Source: an uncultured Lachnospiraceae bacterium (GTDB taxonomy: Bacteria > Bacillota > Clostridia > Oscillospirales > CAG-272). From it: 64,000 nt of DNA. The stretch covers positions 611 through 64,610 of the forward strand of contig CAZORL010000006.1 in assembly GCA_964582375.1 (NCBI GenBank), given 5' to 3'. The position numbers and the translations under genes were made by a program. Shown here piece after piece: positions 49,601 to 58,345 of this stretch. The stretch's first letter is position 1. Each line of letters opens with the position of its first letter. Under the pieces are notes generated by a model, which did no database searches, was not told where the DNA came from, and saw only the letters and a list, made by a program, of their open reading frames with translations.

Positions 49601-50201
49601 TCTCGGCAAGATCTTTGTAGTCCCAAACCTCGATCTTCTGGATCTCGTGAGAGGTACGGAAGCCGTCAAAGAAGTTGATGAACGGAACGCGTCCCTTGAT
49701 CGATGCAAGATGAGCGACCGCACCAAGGTCCATGATCTCCTGCTGGTTGGACTCAGCAAGCATCGCAAAACCGGTCTGACGGCATGCGTATACGTCGGAG
49801 TGATCTCCGAAAATGTTGAGTGCGTGTGATGCTACACAGCGTGCGGATACATGGAATACGCAGGGAAGCAGTTCGCCTGCGATCTTGTACATGTTCGGGA
49901 TCATCAGAAGAAGACCCTGCGATGCCGTGTAGGTCGTGGTGAGCGCACCTGCTGCGAGTGAGCCGTGAACAGCACCTGCGGCACCTGCCTCCGACTGCAT
50001 CTCAATGATCTTTACGCGCTCGCCGAAAATGTTGCGAGCAGGCTCGCCGAATACGTTTTTGTCGGTTGCCGACCATGTATCGGTTACCTCTGCCATAGGC
50101 GATGAAGGTGTGATGGGGTAGATCGCTGCGACTTCAGTGAATGCATAAGACACATGAGCGGCGGCGGTATTACCGTCCATAGAAAGTTTTTTTCTTTCCA
50201 T
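46632..50201 (-). CDS. nifJ: Pyruvate:ferredoxin (flavodoxin) oxidoreductase
   Basis: 1189 aa. N-terminus MDGNTAAAHVSYAFTEVAAIYPITPSSPMAE. Two ferredoxin-type 4Fe-4S motifs CIQCNMCSFVCPH and CMGCALCVKVC. TPP-binding GGDGWAYDIG. Confidence 0.95.
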   Translation of the reverse strand: MERKKLSMDGNTAAAHVSYAFTEVAAIYPITPSSPMAEVTDTWSATDKNVFGEPARNIFGERVKIIEMQSEAGAAGAVHGSLAAGALTTTYTASQGLLLMIPNMYKIAGELLPCVFHVSARCVASHALNIFGDHSDVYACRQTGFAMLAESNQQEIMDLGAVAHLASIKGRVPFINFFDGFRTSHEIQKIEVWDYKDLAEMVDMDAVNEFRARAINPEHPVLRGSAENGDIFFQHREACNPYYDALPAIVEEYMGKVNEKLGTDYDLFNYYGAPDAEKVIIAMGSVCDVIEEVIDYKLAAGEKVGLVKVRLYRPFVANKLCEVLPETVKKIAVLDRTKEPGALGEPLYLDVVTALSQCGVSGIKVVGGRYGLGSKDTTPASIFAAYENLDADEPKNGFTLGIVDDLTGLSLPEKAVPDTAAKGTISCKFWGLGGDGTVGANKNSIKIIGDHTDKFIQAYFQYDSKKTGGVTISHLRFGDKPIKSPYYINKADFVACHTPSYMVKGYKIVNDVKPGGTFLLNCQWTPEELDKHLPAEAKAYIANNNISFYIINAIDKALEIGMGKRTNTILQSAFFKLANIMPIDQAIEYMKYMAKKSYLKKGEAVVELNYKAIDAGVDAIVKVDVPESWKSLDPTPVEEVIEGNRPELVKFVKEILNPVGKMNGDSLPVSTFKDMADGTFPQGAAAYEKRGVAVTVPVWHAEKCIQCNMCSFVCPHATIRPFAMTAEEAEAAPEATKFTAKMIGKGCENYKFTIAVSPLDCMGCALCVKVCKVGALEMVPQETQLDQQPVFDYAVANVSKKETPFADNSVKGSQFNQPLLEFSGSCAGCAETSYARLITQLFGERMYISNATGCSSIWGGSAPATPYTVNKDSGRGPAWANSLFEDNAEHGYGMYVGQNALREKLIGYVTELANVTTSDAVKTAIDAYLASKDDGKANAVATDALVSALEAVVECPTCGELAKKILAEKDFLVKKSVWIFGGDGWAYDIGFGGLDHVLAQGENVNVMVFDTEVYSNTGGQASKASNLGQVAQFAAAGKAIGKKNLAEIAMSYGYVYVAQIAMGADMNQCIKAISEAEAYPGPSLIIGYAPCEMHGVKGGMTNCQSEMKKAVDAGYWHLFRYNPAAEGNKFSLDSKAPTASYQEFITGETRYARLAQSFPERAKELFAKAEENAKAKYDRLTKLGNLYNE

Positions 50202-50255
50202 TACTTTTTTGTCCTCCGATATATATGTTTTGATATAATGCTATCAATCAATAGC

Positions 50256-50284
50256 ATTATACCACAAAAATCCTCACTTGTAAA
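50256..50284 (-). promoter_or_regulatory. Sigma-A promoter of the PFOR gene
   Basis: Minus strand reads TTTACA, 17 nt ending in TGg, TATAAT. The -10 lies within one arm of a 10-bp inverted repeat. Confidence 0.6.
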
Positions 50285-50323
50285 GGGCTTTTCAAAAAAG
50301 AATTGTGGTTTTTTTGTAAATAT

Positions 50324-50356
50324 AAAAAAATCGGCTCTTTCAGAGTCGTTTTTTTT
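50324..50356. terminator. Bidirectional terminator-like hairpin
   Basis: A7, cggctct ttc agagtcg (7 bp including one G-U), T8. Confidence 0.55.
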
Positions 50357-50383
50357 ACAGTAAAATGGTTTTGAGCTTACCGG

Positions 50384-50764
50384 TCACTTCGCAAAGTTTT
50401 TGCAAAGGTCAAGAATACTTGTCAAAACGTCGTTGTATTTGTCGGTGGCGACCTGAATGCTCACATTTATCTCTACGTTGTCACCGGCGTATATGATATA
50501 ATTGCCGATTGCAAGTTCCGATTCATTAAGTGCTTTGTTAAAGAAATAGGCATTTTTCCCCATGCGACCTCTGCTTCGATATAATCGGCAGGCGCGGGCG
50601 ACCGTTCGGGTGTTGTTTCCTTATAATTGAAAGGCGTGTTGATCACGGCAGTGGTAACCGAAGGCTGCAACATCAGTTGCCGAAAGCAACGGCTCGCCAT
50701 TTGTACATGCATTTGCACACAGCAGTGTCAACAGAGCGGCAATTATAACGATTGATTTTTTCAA
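50384..50764 (-). pseudogene. Small lipoprotein gene split over three reading frames
   Basis: TTG start after ggagga gives the signal peptide LKKSIVIIAALLTLLCANAC... and stops after 47 codons. A second frame continues VINTPFNYKETTPERSPAPADYIEAEVAWGK. A third continues (M)GKNAYFFNKALNESELAIGNYIIYAGDNVEINVSIQVATDKYNDVLTSILDLCKNFAK*. The second junction falls in an A5 run. Confidence 0.4.
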
Positions 50765-50944
50765 AACATATTCCTCCCTGCTTTTTTGATGCGTGTTTTG
50801 TTATGACTATTATACCATCAAATATGTCGCTTATCAATGCGTCTGCGCTTTTTGAAATTTCTGTAAACATGCAGTGAACATCGGACGGCTGATATAAGGC
50901 ATCCCCCGAGATTTCTTTGCTTCAAGAAATCTCGGGGGATGAAC

Positions 50945-52042
50945 TCATATTTGCTTGTATTTGACGATCTGTCCGCTCTTGATCATCAGAGCGATGTTCA
51001 GCTTGTCGTCAATTCCAATAATGTCGGCGTCCGCTCCGACATCGAGCCTTCCTTTGCCCTCAAATCCCATGAGAGCACAGGGAGTGCGTGTTGCCATGTA
51101 AAATGCATCGGTCTCGGGTATGCCGAACTCTATTGCCTTTTTCACACAGTCAAAGAGTGTTGATGTACTGCCTGCCAGCGCGCCGTCCGAGACGACCCTT
51201 GCGACACCGTCTTTGACCATTATCGGTTGTCCGCCGAACATGTAATCGCCGTCGCAAAGTCCGGTCGCGCGCATGGAGTCGCTGATCAGCACCATTCTTT
51301 CTCTTCCGAAGGTTCGGTAGAGCATCTTTATCACGCTTTTGTGAATGTGAAGCCCGTCGCATATGACCTGCGCATACATGTCATTGTCGATCGCCGCACC
51401 GATAGGACCGGGGGTGCGATGAAGGATCGGAGGCATGGCATTAAATGTGTGCGTCAGGCACTTTGCCCCTGCCAAACACGCCTTCGTCGTGCATTCGTAA
51501 TCGGCATCGGTGTGCCCGACCGAGATCACAGCGGGGCAGTCCTTAATATAATTCGTGCTGCCGTCCATCTCGGGGGCAAGAGTGATCATTTTGATGCCTT
51601 TTTCACCGAAAAGACCGCAAAAATCGGGTATTTCGGGGGATTTTATGTAAGCCTCATTTTGCGCACCCTTTTTTGTCGGGTTGATGTACGGACCTTCCGC
51701 ATGAAAGCCGAGGATCTCCGCACCCTCCTTTGGAAGGGGTGTGAGAACGGCTGCGCGAATGCTCTCTATGCTCTCGGTCATAGTAGTCGGAAGCCAGGAT
51801 GTTGTACCCTGCTCGAGCAGATATTCGGACATTCTTTTAAGCGCATCCGCATCGGCGTCCATCGTGTCCGCACCGACGCATCCGTGCGTGTGTATGTCAA
51901 CAAGCCCGGGGTAGAGCCGCAGACCGTGCAGATCGATGACCTTGACATCGCCTGTTTTCGACGTGTCAGTGATCTTGCCGTTCTCGATCGCAATATCTCG
52001 CTTTACACCTTCGCAAGTGCAATTTGTAAATAAGGTCTTCAT
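50945..52042 (-). CDS. nagA: N-acetylglucosamine-6-phosphate deacetylase
   Basis: Start trimmed to MKTLFTNC. PGLVDIHTHG metal-binding motif. HTFNAM. DSMRA. Confidence 0.85.
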   Translation of the reverse strand: MKTLFTNCTCEGVKRDIAIENGKITDTSKTGDVKVIDLHGLRLYPGLVDIHTHGCVGADTMDADADALKRMSEYLLEQGTTSWLPTTMTESIESIRAAVLTPLPKEGAEILGFHAEGPYINPTKKGAQNEAYIKSPEIPDFCGLFGEKGIKMITLAPEMDGSTNYIKDCPAVISVGHTDADYECTTKACLAGAKCLTHTFNAMPPILHRTPGPIGAAIDNDMYAQVICDGLHIHKSVIKMLYRTFGRERMVLISDSMRATGLCDGDYMFGGQPIMVKDGVARVVSDGALAGSTSTLFDCVKKAIEFGIPETDAFYMATRTPCALMGFEGKGRLDVGADADIIGIDDKLNIALMIKSGQIVKYKQI

Positions 52043-52058
52043 TTTGATACTGCGCCTC

Positions 52059-53660
52059 TTAAAGCATTGCCGCGCCGAGTGCACCCGCATCGTTTTTGAG
52101 CGTCGATATCTCGATGTTTACATCGGTACTCGGGATCTTCGGGCGAAGCATCGGTATGAGGACGTTTCCGCGCTCGGTTATTCCTCCCGCAAGCACGATG
52201 GCGTCCGGACCGAATACATTTATAAGACTTGTTATGCCGACAGCGAGATAGTGTGCGTATCTTTCAAGCACACGCGCCGCTACCGTGCATCCGCGTGCAT
52301 ATGCATCAAATACCGTCTCTCCGTCCATCTTTCCGCGCTCGTTTGCCATTTCGGCAAGAATGCTGTTTGGTGTATCAGATGCAGCTTTGTTTGCCTGCGA
52401 GATAAGTGCGCTGACCGATGCGTACTGTTCAAAACAGCCGTGCTGACCGCAGGGACAGGGAAGTCCGCCGTCAGCCTCGATGATAATGTGTCCGATCTCG
52501 CCCGTGCCGCTTTTTCCGTGTGCGATGTTTCCGTCAAGTATGATACCGCCACCGATGCCGGTGCCGAGTGTTACCATTATGATGTTTTGATACTTTTTGC
52601 CCGCACCGAACTCGCTCTCGCCGAGTGCGGCACAGTTTGCGTCATTGTCCACCGATACCACGGCACCCGTCAGTTCGGAGAGCCTTGCACCGAGCGGTGT
52701 GCCCTTGAACGGAAGGTTTGCGGCATTGACCTTGCCTTCCTTTATAATACCCGGTGTGCCGACGCCGATCGCTTTGATGGGATAGAGTTCGGCGATACGT
52801 CTGCACTCGGCGGCAATGCTCGAAATGAGTGCCTCGTCCGAGCTTTTTTCGGTCGGTATCGAGCTTTTGTAAACGAGCTTTCTGCCCTCGACGACCGCAA
52901 ATTTTGTCTTTGTTCCGCCAATGTCAACGCCGAGTCTCGTGCCCGAGTAAGCGTCTCGGTCACAGATGAGAACGACATCCGGGTGTACCTTCAGCAGTGT
53001 TGCGGGGACAGAGGTGTTGATATCGCCGTCAAGCAATTCGGATACAACACGCGATTTTGCCGCACCTGAGGCGAGCAGAATGATCTTCTTGGATTTGAGT
53101 ATCGATGCGATGCCCATCGTGATCGCCTCACGCGGCACATCCGCCTCTGACTCAAAGAAGCGAGAGTTTGCGTCGATCGTGCTGTCGGTCAGCTTTGTCA
53201 GGTGAGTTGCCGAGTTGAGATTTGCACCCGGCTCATTAAAGCCGATGTGACCGTTTCTTCCGATGCCGAGGATCTGAAGATCGATGCCGCCGTGCGCTTT
53301 GATATTTTTCTCGTACTCGTCGCACTCGCGATCCGGATCGTCGGTCATTCCGTTTGGAACGAAGGTGTTGTTTATGTCAATGTTGACCTTCGAAAAAAGC
53401 TGTTCGTTCATGAAATAACGGTAGCTTTGCGGATTGTTAGGTGATATCGGGTAGTATTCGTCCAAATTAAAGGTCACGACCTTCGAAAAATCGATCTCAC
53501 CTCTTGCGTTCATGCTCGAAAGTCGACGGTACATTCCGATCGGCGTCGAGCCGGTGGCAAGTCCGAGCACGCTCTCGGGCTTTAACATAAGCTGACTTGC
53601 GACAAGTTTCGCCGCTTGATCTGACAGTTCCTCGTAACCGTCACATACTATTACTCGCAT
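52059..53660 (-). CDS. Fusion protein: glucosamine-6-phosphate deaminase (NagB) N-terminal domain plus ROK-family sugar kinase C-terminal domain
   Basis: N-terminal LGLATGSTPIGMY and GIGRNGHIGFNEPG (NagB). From about residue 245, GVDIGGTKTKFAVV (ROK ATPase motif). ROK zinc motif GEIGHI...CPCGQHGCFEQYAS. Confidence 0.8.
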   Translation of the reverse strand: MRVIVCDGYEELSDQAAKLVASQLMLKPESVLGLATGSTPIGMYRRLSSMNARGEIDFSKVVTFNLDEYYPISPNNPQSYRYFMNEQLFSKVNIDINNTFVPNGMTDDPDRECDEYEKNIKAHGGIDLQILGIGRNGHIGFNEPGANLNSATHLTKLTDSTIDANSRFFESEADVPREAITMGIASILKSKKIILLASGAAKSRVVSELLDGDINTSVPATLLKVHPDVVLICDRDAYSGTRLGVDIGGTKTKFAVVEGRKLVYKSSIPTEKSSDEALISSIAAECRRIAELYPIKAIGVGTPGIIKEGKVNAANLPFKGTPLGARLSELTGAVVSVDNDANCAALGESEFGAGKKYQNIIMVTLGTGIGGGIILDGNIAHGKSGTGEIGHIIIEADGGLPCPCGQHGCFEQYASVSALISQANKAASDTPNSILAEMANERGKMDGETVFDAYARGCTVAARVLERYAHYLAVGITSLINVFGPDAIVLAGGITERGNVLIPMLRPKIPSTDVNIEISTLKNDAGALGAAML

Positions 53661-53787
53661 TTTGTTTTCCTCCGATTCTTTTTGTGGATTCTATGCAGCT
53701 TTCCGCTTTTGAAATATAATTATACCACATCATGTTAAAAATGTCAATAGCGGATAGGATTTTTGATCATCGGTGATCGTCGGCATA

Positions 53788-53816
53788 TTGACAAATGCCG
53801 ATTTATGTAGTATAAT
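53788..53816 (+). promoter_or_regulatory. Sigma-A consensus promoter of the ABC-F gene
   Basis: TTGACA (53788-53793), 17 nt, TATAAT (53811-53816). Confidence 0.7.
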
Positions 53817-53858
53817 AGGGCGATTATATGATACAAAAATGAAAAAGAGGAACAATTA

Positions 53859-55460
53859 ATGATAACAGTCAGCGATCTCAGCTTTAATTTCGGCGGACAA
53901 CAGCTTTTCAAGAATGTTGACCTGAAATTCACAAACGGAAATTGCTACGGTATAATCGGCGCAAACGGTGCGGGAAAGACGACCTTTTTCAGACTGCTCA
54001 CCGGCGAGCTTGAGCCGACGAGCGGATCTGTCACCATGAGCCCGGATACGAGAATGTCGGTGCTTAGGCAGGATCACTTTGCCTTTGATACCTACTCGGT
54101 CACCGATACCGTTATAATGGGTAACAAAAAGCTTTACGATCTCATGAAGGAACGCGAGGCAATATATCTAAAGGAAGATTTTTCGGAGGAAGACGGCGTG
54201 CGCGCCTCCGAAATTGAGACAGAGTTTGCCGAAATGGGAGGTTGGGATGCCGAATCGGACGCATCAAAGCTCGTGCTCGGGTTAGGACTTTCCCCAAGCC
54301 TGCTTGATGCCATGATGAGCTCTCTTAAAGAGACCGAAAAGATCAAGGTCCTGCTCGCACAGGCTCTTTTCGGAAATCCCGATATTATCTTGCTTGACGA
54401 GCCGACAAACGGTCTCGATCTTGCCGCTGTCGGTTGGCTCGAGGATTTTCTGTCCGATTATTTCGGCACGGTGCTCGTAATATCCCACGACAGACATTTT
54501 CTCAACGATGTTTGCACGAATATCGTCGATATAGATTACGGCGGTATAAAAATGTATGTCGGCAACTACGAGTTCTGGTATGAGTCGAGCCGACTCATAC
54601 AGCGTATGATCAAACAGCAAAACAGGAAAAACGAGGAGAAGATCAAAGAGCTTCAAGAGTTCATCTCGCGTTTTTCGGCAAATAAATCAAAATCCAAACA
54701 GGCAACCGCAAGGAGAAAACTGCTTGATAAGCTGACCGTTGAAGAACTGCCGGCATCTTCGCGCAGATATCCGTTCATCGGTTTTGACATGGAAAGACTG
54801 CCGGGTAAGGATATCCTCACCCTGACCGAGCTTTCCTGCGAGCGAGATGGCAACAAGCTCTTTACAAATCTTTCGTTTGCTCTCGGCAAGGACGATAAGG
54901 TGGCATTTGTCGGGAATGAGACTGCAATTACCACACTTTTTGAGATCCTTTGCGAAAAAGCAGAACCTACAAGCGGCAGCTTCAAATGGGGCGTCTCGAT
55001 CACGAGATCCTATTTTCCGCATGACAATTCGGAGTTCTTCAATGGTCACGATGAGTCGATAATCGATTGGATGCGTCCCTATTCCAAGGATCAGACCGAG
55101 GCATATCTTCGCGGCTTTCTCGGCAGAATGCTTTTCTCGGGGGATGCTGTCTACAAGCCCGTCAAAGTCCTCTCGGGCGGCGAAAAGGTCAGATGTATGT
55201 TTTCTCGGATGATGCTTTTCGGCTCAAATATGCTGATCGTCGATCAACCGACCGACCATCTCGACCTTGAGTCGATATCTGCGGTAAATATCGGTCTTTC
55301 GGATTTCAAAGGAAACATTCTGCTCTCCTCTCACGACTACGAGCTTGTGAACACGGTCGCAAACCGAATTATCGAGATCACGCCCGACGGTATGATCGAT
55401 TATCGAGGAACTTACGACGAGTTCCTTGAATATAAGGCATCGCTTGCCGAAAACGCTTGA
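53859..55460 (+). CDS. ABC-F family ATPase (two NBDs, no TM domain; translation-factor type)
   Basis: Two ABC cassettes (GANGAGKTT and LSGGEKVR etc.) joined by a K/R/Q-rich linker (QQNRKNEEKIKELQEFISRFSANKSKSKQATARRK). Confidence 0.85.
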   Translation: MITVSDLSFNFGGQQLFKNVDLKFTNGNCYGIIGANGAGKTTFFRLLTGELEPTSGSVTMSPDTRMSVLRQDHFAFDTYSVTDTVIMGNKKLYDLMKEREAIYLKEDFSEEDGVRASEIETEFAEMGGWDAESDASKLVLGLGLSPSLLDAMMSSLKETEKIKVLLAQALFGNPDIILLDEPTNGLDLAAVGWLEDFLSDYFGTVLVISHDRHFLNDVCTNIVDIDYGGIKMYVGNYEFWYESSRLIQRMIKQQNRKNEEKIKELQEFISRFSANKSKSKQATARRKLLDKLTVEELPASSRRYPFIGFDMERLPGKDILTLTELSCERDGNKLFTNLSFALGKDDKVAFVGNETAITTLFEILCEKAEPTSGSFKWGVSITRSYFPHDNSEFFNGHDESIIDWMRPYSKDQTEAYLRGFLGRMLFSGDAVYKPVKVLSGGEKVRCMFSRMMLFGSNMLIVDQPTDHLDLESISAVNIGLSDFKGNILLSSHDYELVNTVANRIIEITPDGMIDYRGTYDEFLEYKASLAENA

Positions 55461-55470
55461 CGGTGATTTT

Positions 55471-55917
55471 ATGAATGTACTGATCAGTGCATGCCTTCTC
55501 GGCAGAGCCTGCCGCTATGACGGAAAGAGCAAAAAATGCATCGGCACGGTCGATGGGCTGAATTGGATCCCCGTCTGCCCCGAATGTGACGGTGGACTCC
55601 CGACACCAAGAGCCCCTGCGGAGATAGTCGGCGACAGAGTGATTAATTCATCGGGTGTCGATGTTACCGCCGAATATGAAAAGGGTGCGGCGATCGCATT
55701 GCAAACTGCTGCCAAAAACGACTGTCGCATCGCCGTTTTGAAAGAAAGAAGCCCGTCATGCGGCACGAATGGCGTCTATGACGGAAGCTTTTCGGGAAAA
55801 CTCTGCGAAGGTATGGGCGTCACGGCAAGACTTTTGTCTGAAAACGGGATACACGTTGTCGGCGAGAGCGAGTTTTTGTCCGAGATGCATGATATGGGAA
55901 AATCTTTGACTTTATAA
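55471..55917 (+). CDS. DUF523 protein (TudS-like 2-thiouracil desulfurase family)
   Basis: Start trimmed to MNVLISACLLGRACRYDG. Conserved Cys pattern (SACLLG..CRYDG, PVCPE, SPSCG). Confidence 0.7.
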   Translation: MNVLISACLLGRACRYDGKSKKCIGTVDGLNWIPVCPECDGGLPTPRAPAEIVGDRVINSSGVDVTAEYEKGAAIALQTAAKNDCRIAVLKERSPSCGTNGVYDGSFSGKLCEGMGVTARLLSENGIHVVGESEFLSEMHDMGKSLTL

Positions 55918-55943
55918 ATTATGTATGAAAGGATGGGGTCTGT

Positions 55944-58118
55944 TTGGTAAAACGTCCGCTTTGTGTCTTTTGCGGATCTTTTCTCGCCGCACTCCTTGCC
56001 TCCTCCTTTTTCTACGGAAGGATCAAGCCGATAGCCGCCATGGTTTGCGTCTTGGTCTTCGTTGTTTTCCTTATAATCTTTTTAAGAGGCAGGCGATCGA
56101 GGGCGTGTGCCGCAACGGCGATCGTCTGCCTCGGTATCGCGGCGGCACTCGCTCTTTCCTATCTCTATTTCGATATCCGATATAAATCGACAGCGGATAA
56201 ATACACGGGCAGGGAAGCAGTCTGCGAGCTTGTCGTAACACGAACTCTTGTCGAGAGCGAGATGTCCTGCCGATATGAAACGACGATCTGCGAGATCGAT
56301 GGCGAAAAAACGGATATCCGTGCGATACTCGAGACCGAATATAATGCATTTCTTGATGTCGGTGATCGCGTGAGCGTCAAAGGCACCCTTTCGGGATCAC
56401 GCACGGGAGGCTCTCTCAATGAGGGCTACTATCTCTCAAAAGGATTCTTCTTAGATCTCACCTTGGGCCCGTCTGCCGCCGCAGAGCAAAGACTGATCGG
56501 CATCGGCGATTTTTCGAGCTTTGACGCATTTGTCGGTCGAATGAGCAAGGGCATATATTCAAAGCTTTCGACAATGCTCGATAAAAGATCGGCAGGTGTT
56601 ATGCGCGCACTTATCTGTGCCGATAAATCGACGCTCGATAATGAACTTTCGACAAATTTTAAGATCCTCGGACTTTCGCATATGCTCGCAGTCAGCGGTA
56701 TGCACCTCGGAATAATTGCCGGTCTTGTCCGACTGCTTATGAATGTTCTGCCGATCGGACGCCGCTCAAGATCGATACTTGTCCTCGCACTGTCGCTTGT
56801 CTATGTCATCGTTTGTGCGTTTACACCCTCGATCTGCCGCTCGCTCGGAATGCTGTCGGTGCTCTTCCTCGAACCCTTCTCAAGACGAGAGCGGGATATC
56901 GTTACCTCGCTTTTCTTCTCGGTCACGGTCATCTGCTTGATCTCACCCTGCTCGATAATCGATATCGGACTGCTTGCATCATTTCTGTCAACACTTGGCA
57001 TAGTCACTCTCGGCGCACGCCTTTCGGATAAGATCAAAACCAAACGCCGCATCACCCGTGCGATACTCGATCCGCTGATCCTCACCTATTCGGCAACCGT
57101 CTTTGTCATGCCGCTGTCGGTGTTCTGCTTTGGGACACTGTCACTTATCGCTCCCGTGGCAAATATAATCTTCCTTCCGATATTGACGCTCGTCATGTAT
57201 TCGGCACCCCTCCTTCTTGCACTCTCCTTTTCGCCGCTTGCTTACGCTCTGCCTGCGGCACTGACATCCCTTCTTTGCAGTGCTCTGTGCGCACTTGCCG
57301 ATCTTATGTCGCTTGATTTCTTTCTGATCTCGCTTGACTATGATCTGATCGCATATCTGACCATCCCGTTTTGCACCCTTGCCGTCTTCTTTACCGTAAA
57401 GTCGGAGATCGGTGATGTTCTGCTCCCGATAGCTCTTGCGCTTTTCGTCGGAGGTGCGGTCGTGCTGAATTATGTTTATGTTTTTCCCGAGACGACCGAG
57501 CCGCTCTGTGTGTCCGACGGCAAAAATGACGCCTTGATACTCGTTCATAAAAGATCGGCGATGATCATCGACAATTCAAGCGGCGGCGGAAGCTTTGTCC
57601 TTGAATGCATCGATAAAGCCTCCGAGTACGGCGCAAGCGTTGACACCGTTCTCTTTACGCATCCGCATACATATCAGCAGTCGGGTATCTCGTATGCCCT
57701 CGCAAAAGGTCGAGTCAAAAGAGTCGTGCTCATGGGATATGCTGACGATAATTACTATAATCTCCCCGAGTATATCGAGCGAAACGAAGTTATCCTCGAC
57801 CTCGTCGGCAACACTTGCACCTTTTCCTACGGAGATTTCACCGTCGATGTGTCTGTCGGTGAGATCGACCGCTCATCGCATCCCTGCAGTGTGGTTTGTG
57901 TTGCATCTCACGGCAAGACCACTGCCTATCTCGGTGCATCATCATGGGAAAATGCCGAGCTTTTTGATACTGTTGCGACCGGCAGTGTCGATCGACTCAT
58001 CGTCGGCTCGCACGGACCGAAGATCAAGACCGACCTTGTCTTGCCCGAAAAATATAAAGACATCGAGATCATCACCGAAACCGCCGTAAAGATCTATAAC
58101 ATCGGCGAGTTGACCTGA
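55944..58118 (+). CDS. comEC: ComEC/Rec2-family DNA internalisation protein with C-terminal metallo-beta-lactamase-like domain
   Basis: TTG start. Polytopic competence domain (GLSHMLAVSGMHLGII). C-terminal FTHPHTYQQSG. Confidence 0.8.
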   Translation: MVKRPLCVFCGSFLAALLASSFFYGRIKPIAAMVCVLVFVVFLIIFLRGRRSRACAATAIVCLGIAAALALSYLYFDIRYKSTADKYTGREAVCELVVTRTLVESEMSCRYETTICEIDGEKTDIRAILETEYNAFLDVGDRVSVKGTLSGSRTGGSLNEGYYLSKGFFLDLTLGPSAAAEQRLIGIGDFSSFDAFVGRMSKGIYSKLSTMLDKRSAGVMRALICADKSTLDNELSTNFKILGLSHMLAVSGMHLGIIAGLVRLLMNVLPIGRRSRSILVLALSLVYVIVCAFTPSICRSLGMLSVLFLEPFSRRERDIVTSLFFSVTVICLISPCSIIDIGLLASFLSTLGIVTLGARLSDKIKTKRRITRAILDPLILTYSATVFVMPLSVFCFGTLSLIAPVANIIFLPILTLVMYSAPLLLALSFSPLAYALPAALTSLLCSALCALADLMSLDFFLISLDYDLIAYLTIPFCTLAVFFTVKSEIGDVLLPIALALFVGGAVVLNYVYVFPETTEPLCVSDGKNDALILVHKRSAMIIDNSSGGGSFVLECIDKASEYGASVDTVLFTHPHTYQQSGISYALAKGRVKRVVLMGYADDNYYNLPEYIERNEVILDLVGNTCTFSYGDFTVDVSVGEIDRSSHPCSVVCVASHGKTTAYLGASSWENAELFDTVATGSVDRLIVGSHGPKIKTDLVLPEKYKDIEIITETAVKIYNIGELT

Positions 58119-58258
58119 TTTCCGTCACTTATTCGCTTGCTTTGGAGCATTTTATGCTCCAAAGCAATTTTTTATAATAAAAAATACGGTATAAATCATA
58201 AAAACCAAAAACATTTCTGAAACCGTCGAAATATTTTTGCTATTTGTCGTTTTTGCTG

Positions 58259-58282
58259 TTTTTTTTTTTTTTTTTTTTTTTT
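58259..58282. repeat. T24 homopolymer tract
   Basis: 24 consecutive T residues in the comEC-tetR intergenic region, ending 35 nt upstream of the -35 box at 58317. Confidence 0.95.
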
Positions 58283-58316
58283 GAGAGAAATTTTTTGATT
58301 TTTTTGAAATTTCCTA

Positions 58317-58345
58317 TTGACAAACTCATTCGTTTGTGCTATAAT
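58317..58345 (+). promoter_or_regulatory. Perfect sigma-A consensus promoter upstream of the TetR-sipW locus
   Basis: TTGACA (58317-58322), 17 nt ending in TGc (extended -10), TATAAT (58340-58345). About 195 nt of leader lie before the ATG at 58542. Confidence 0.75.
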
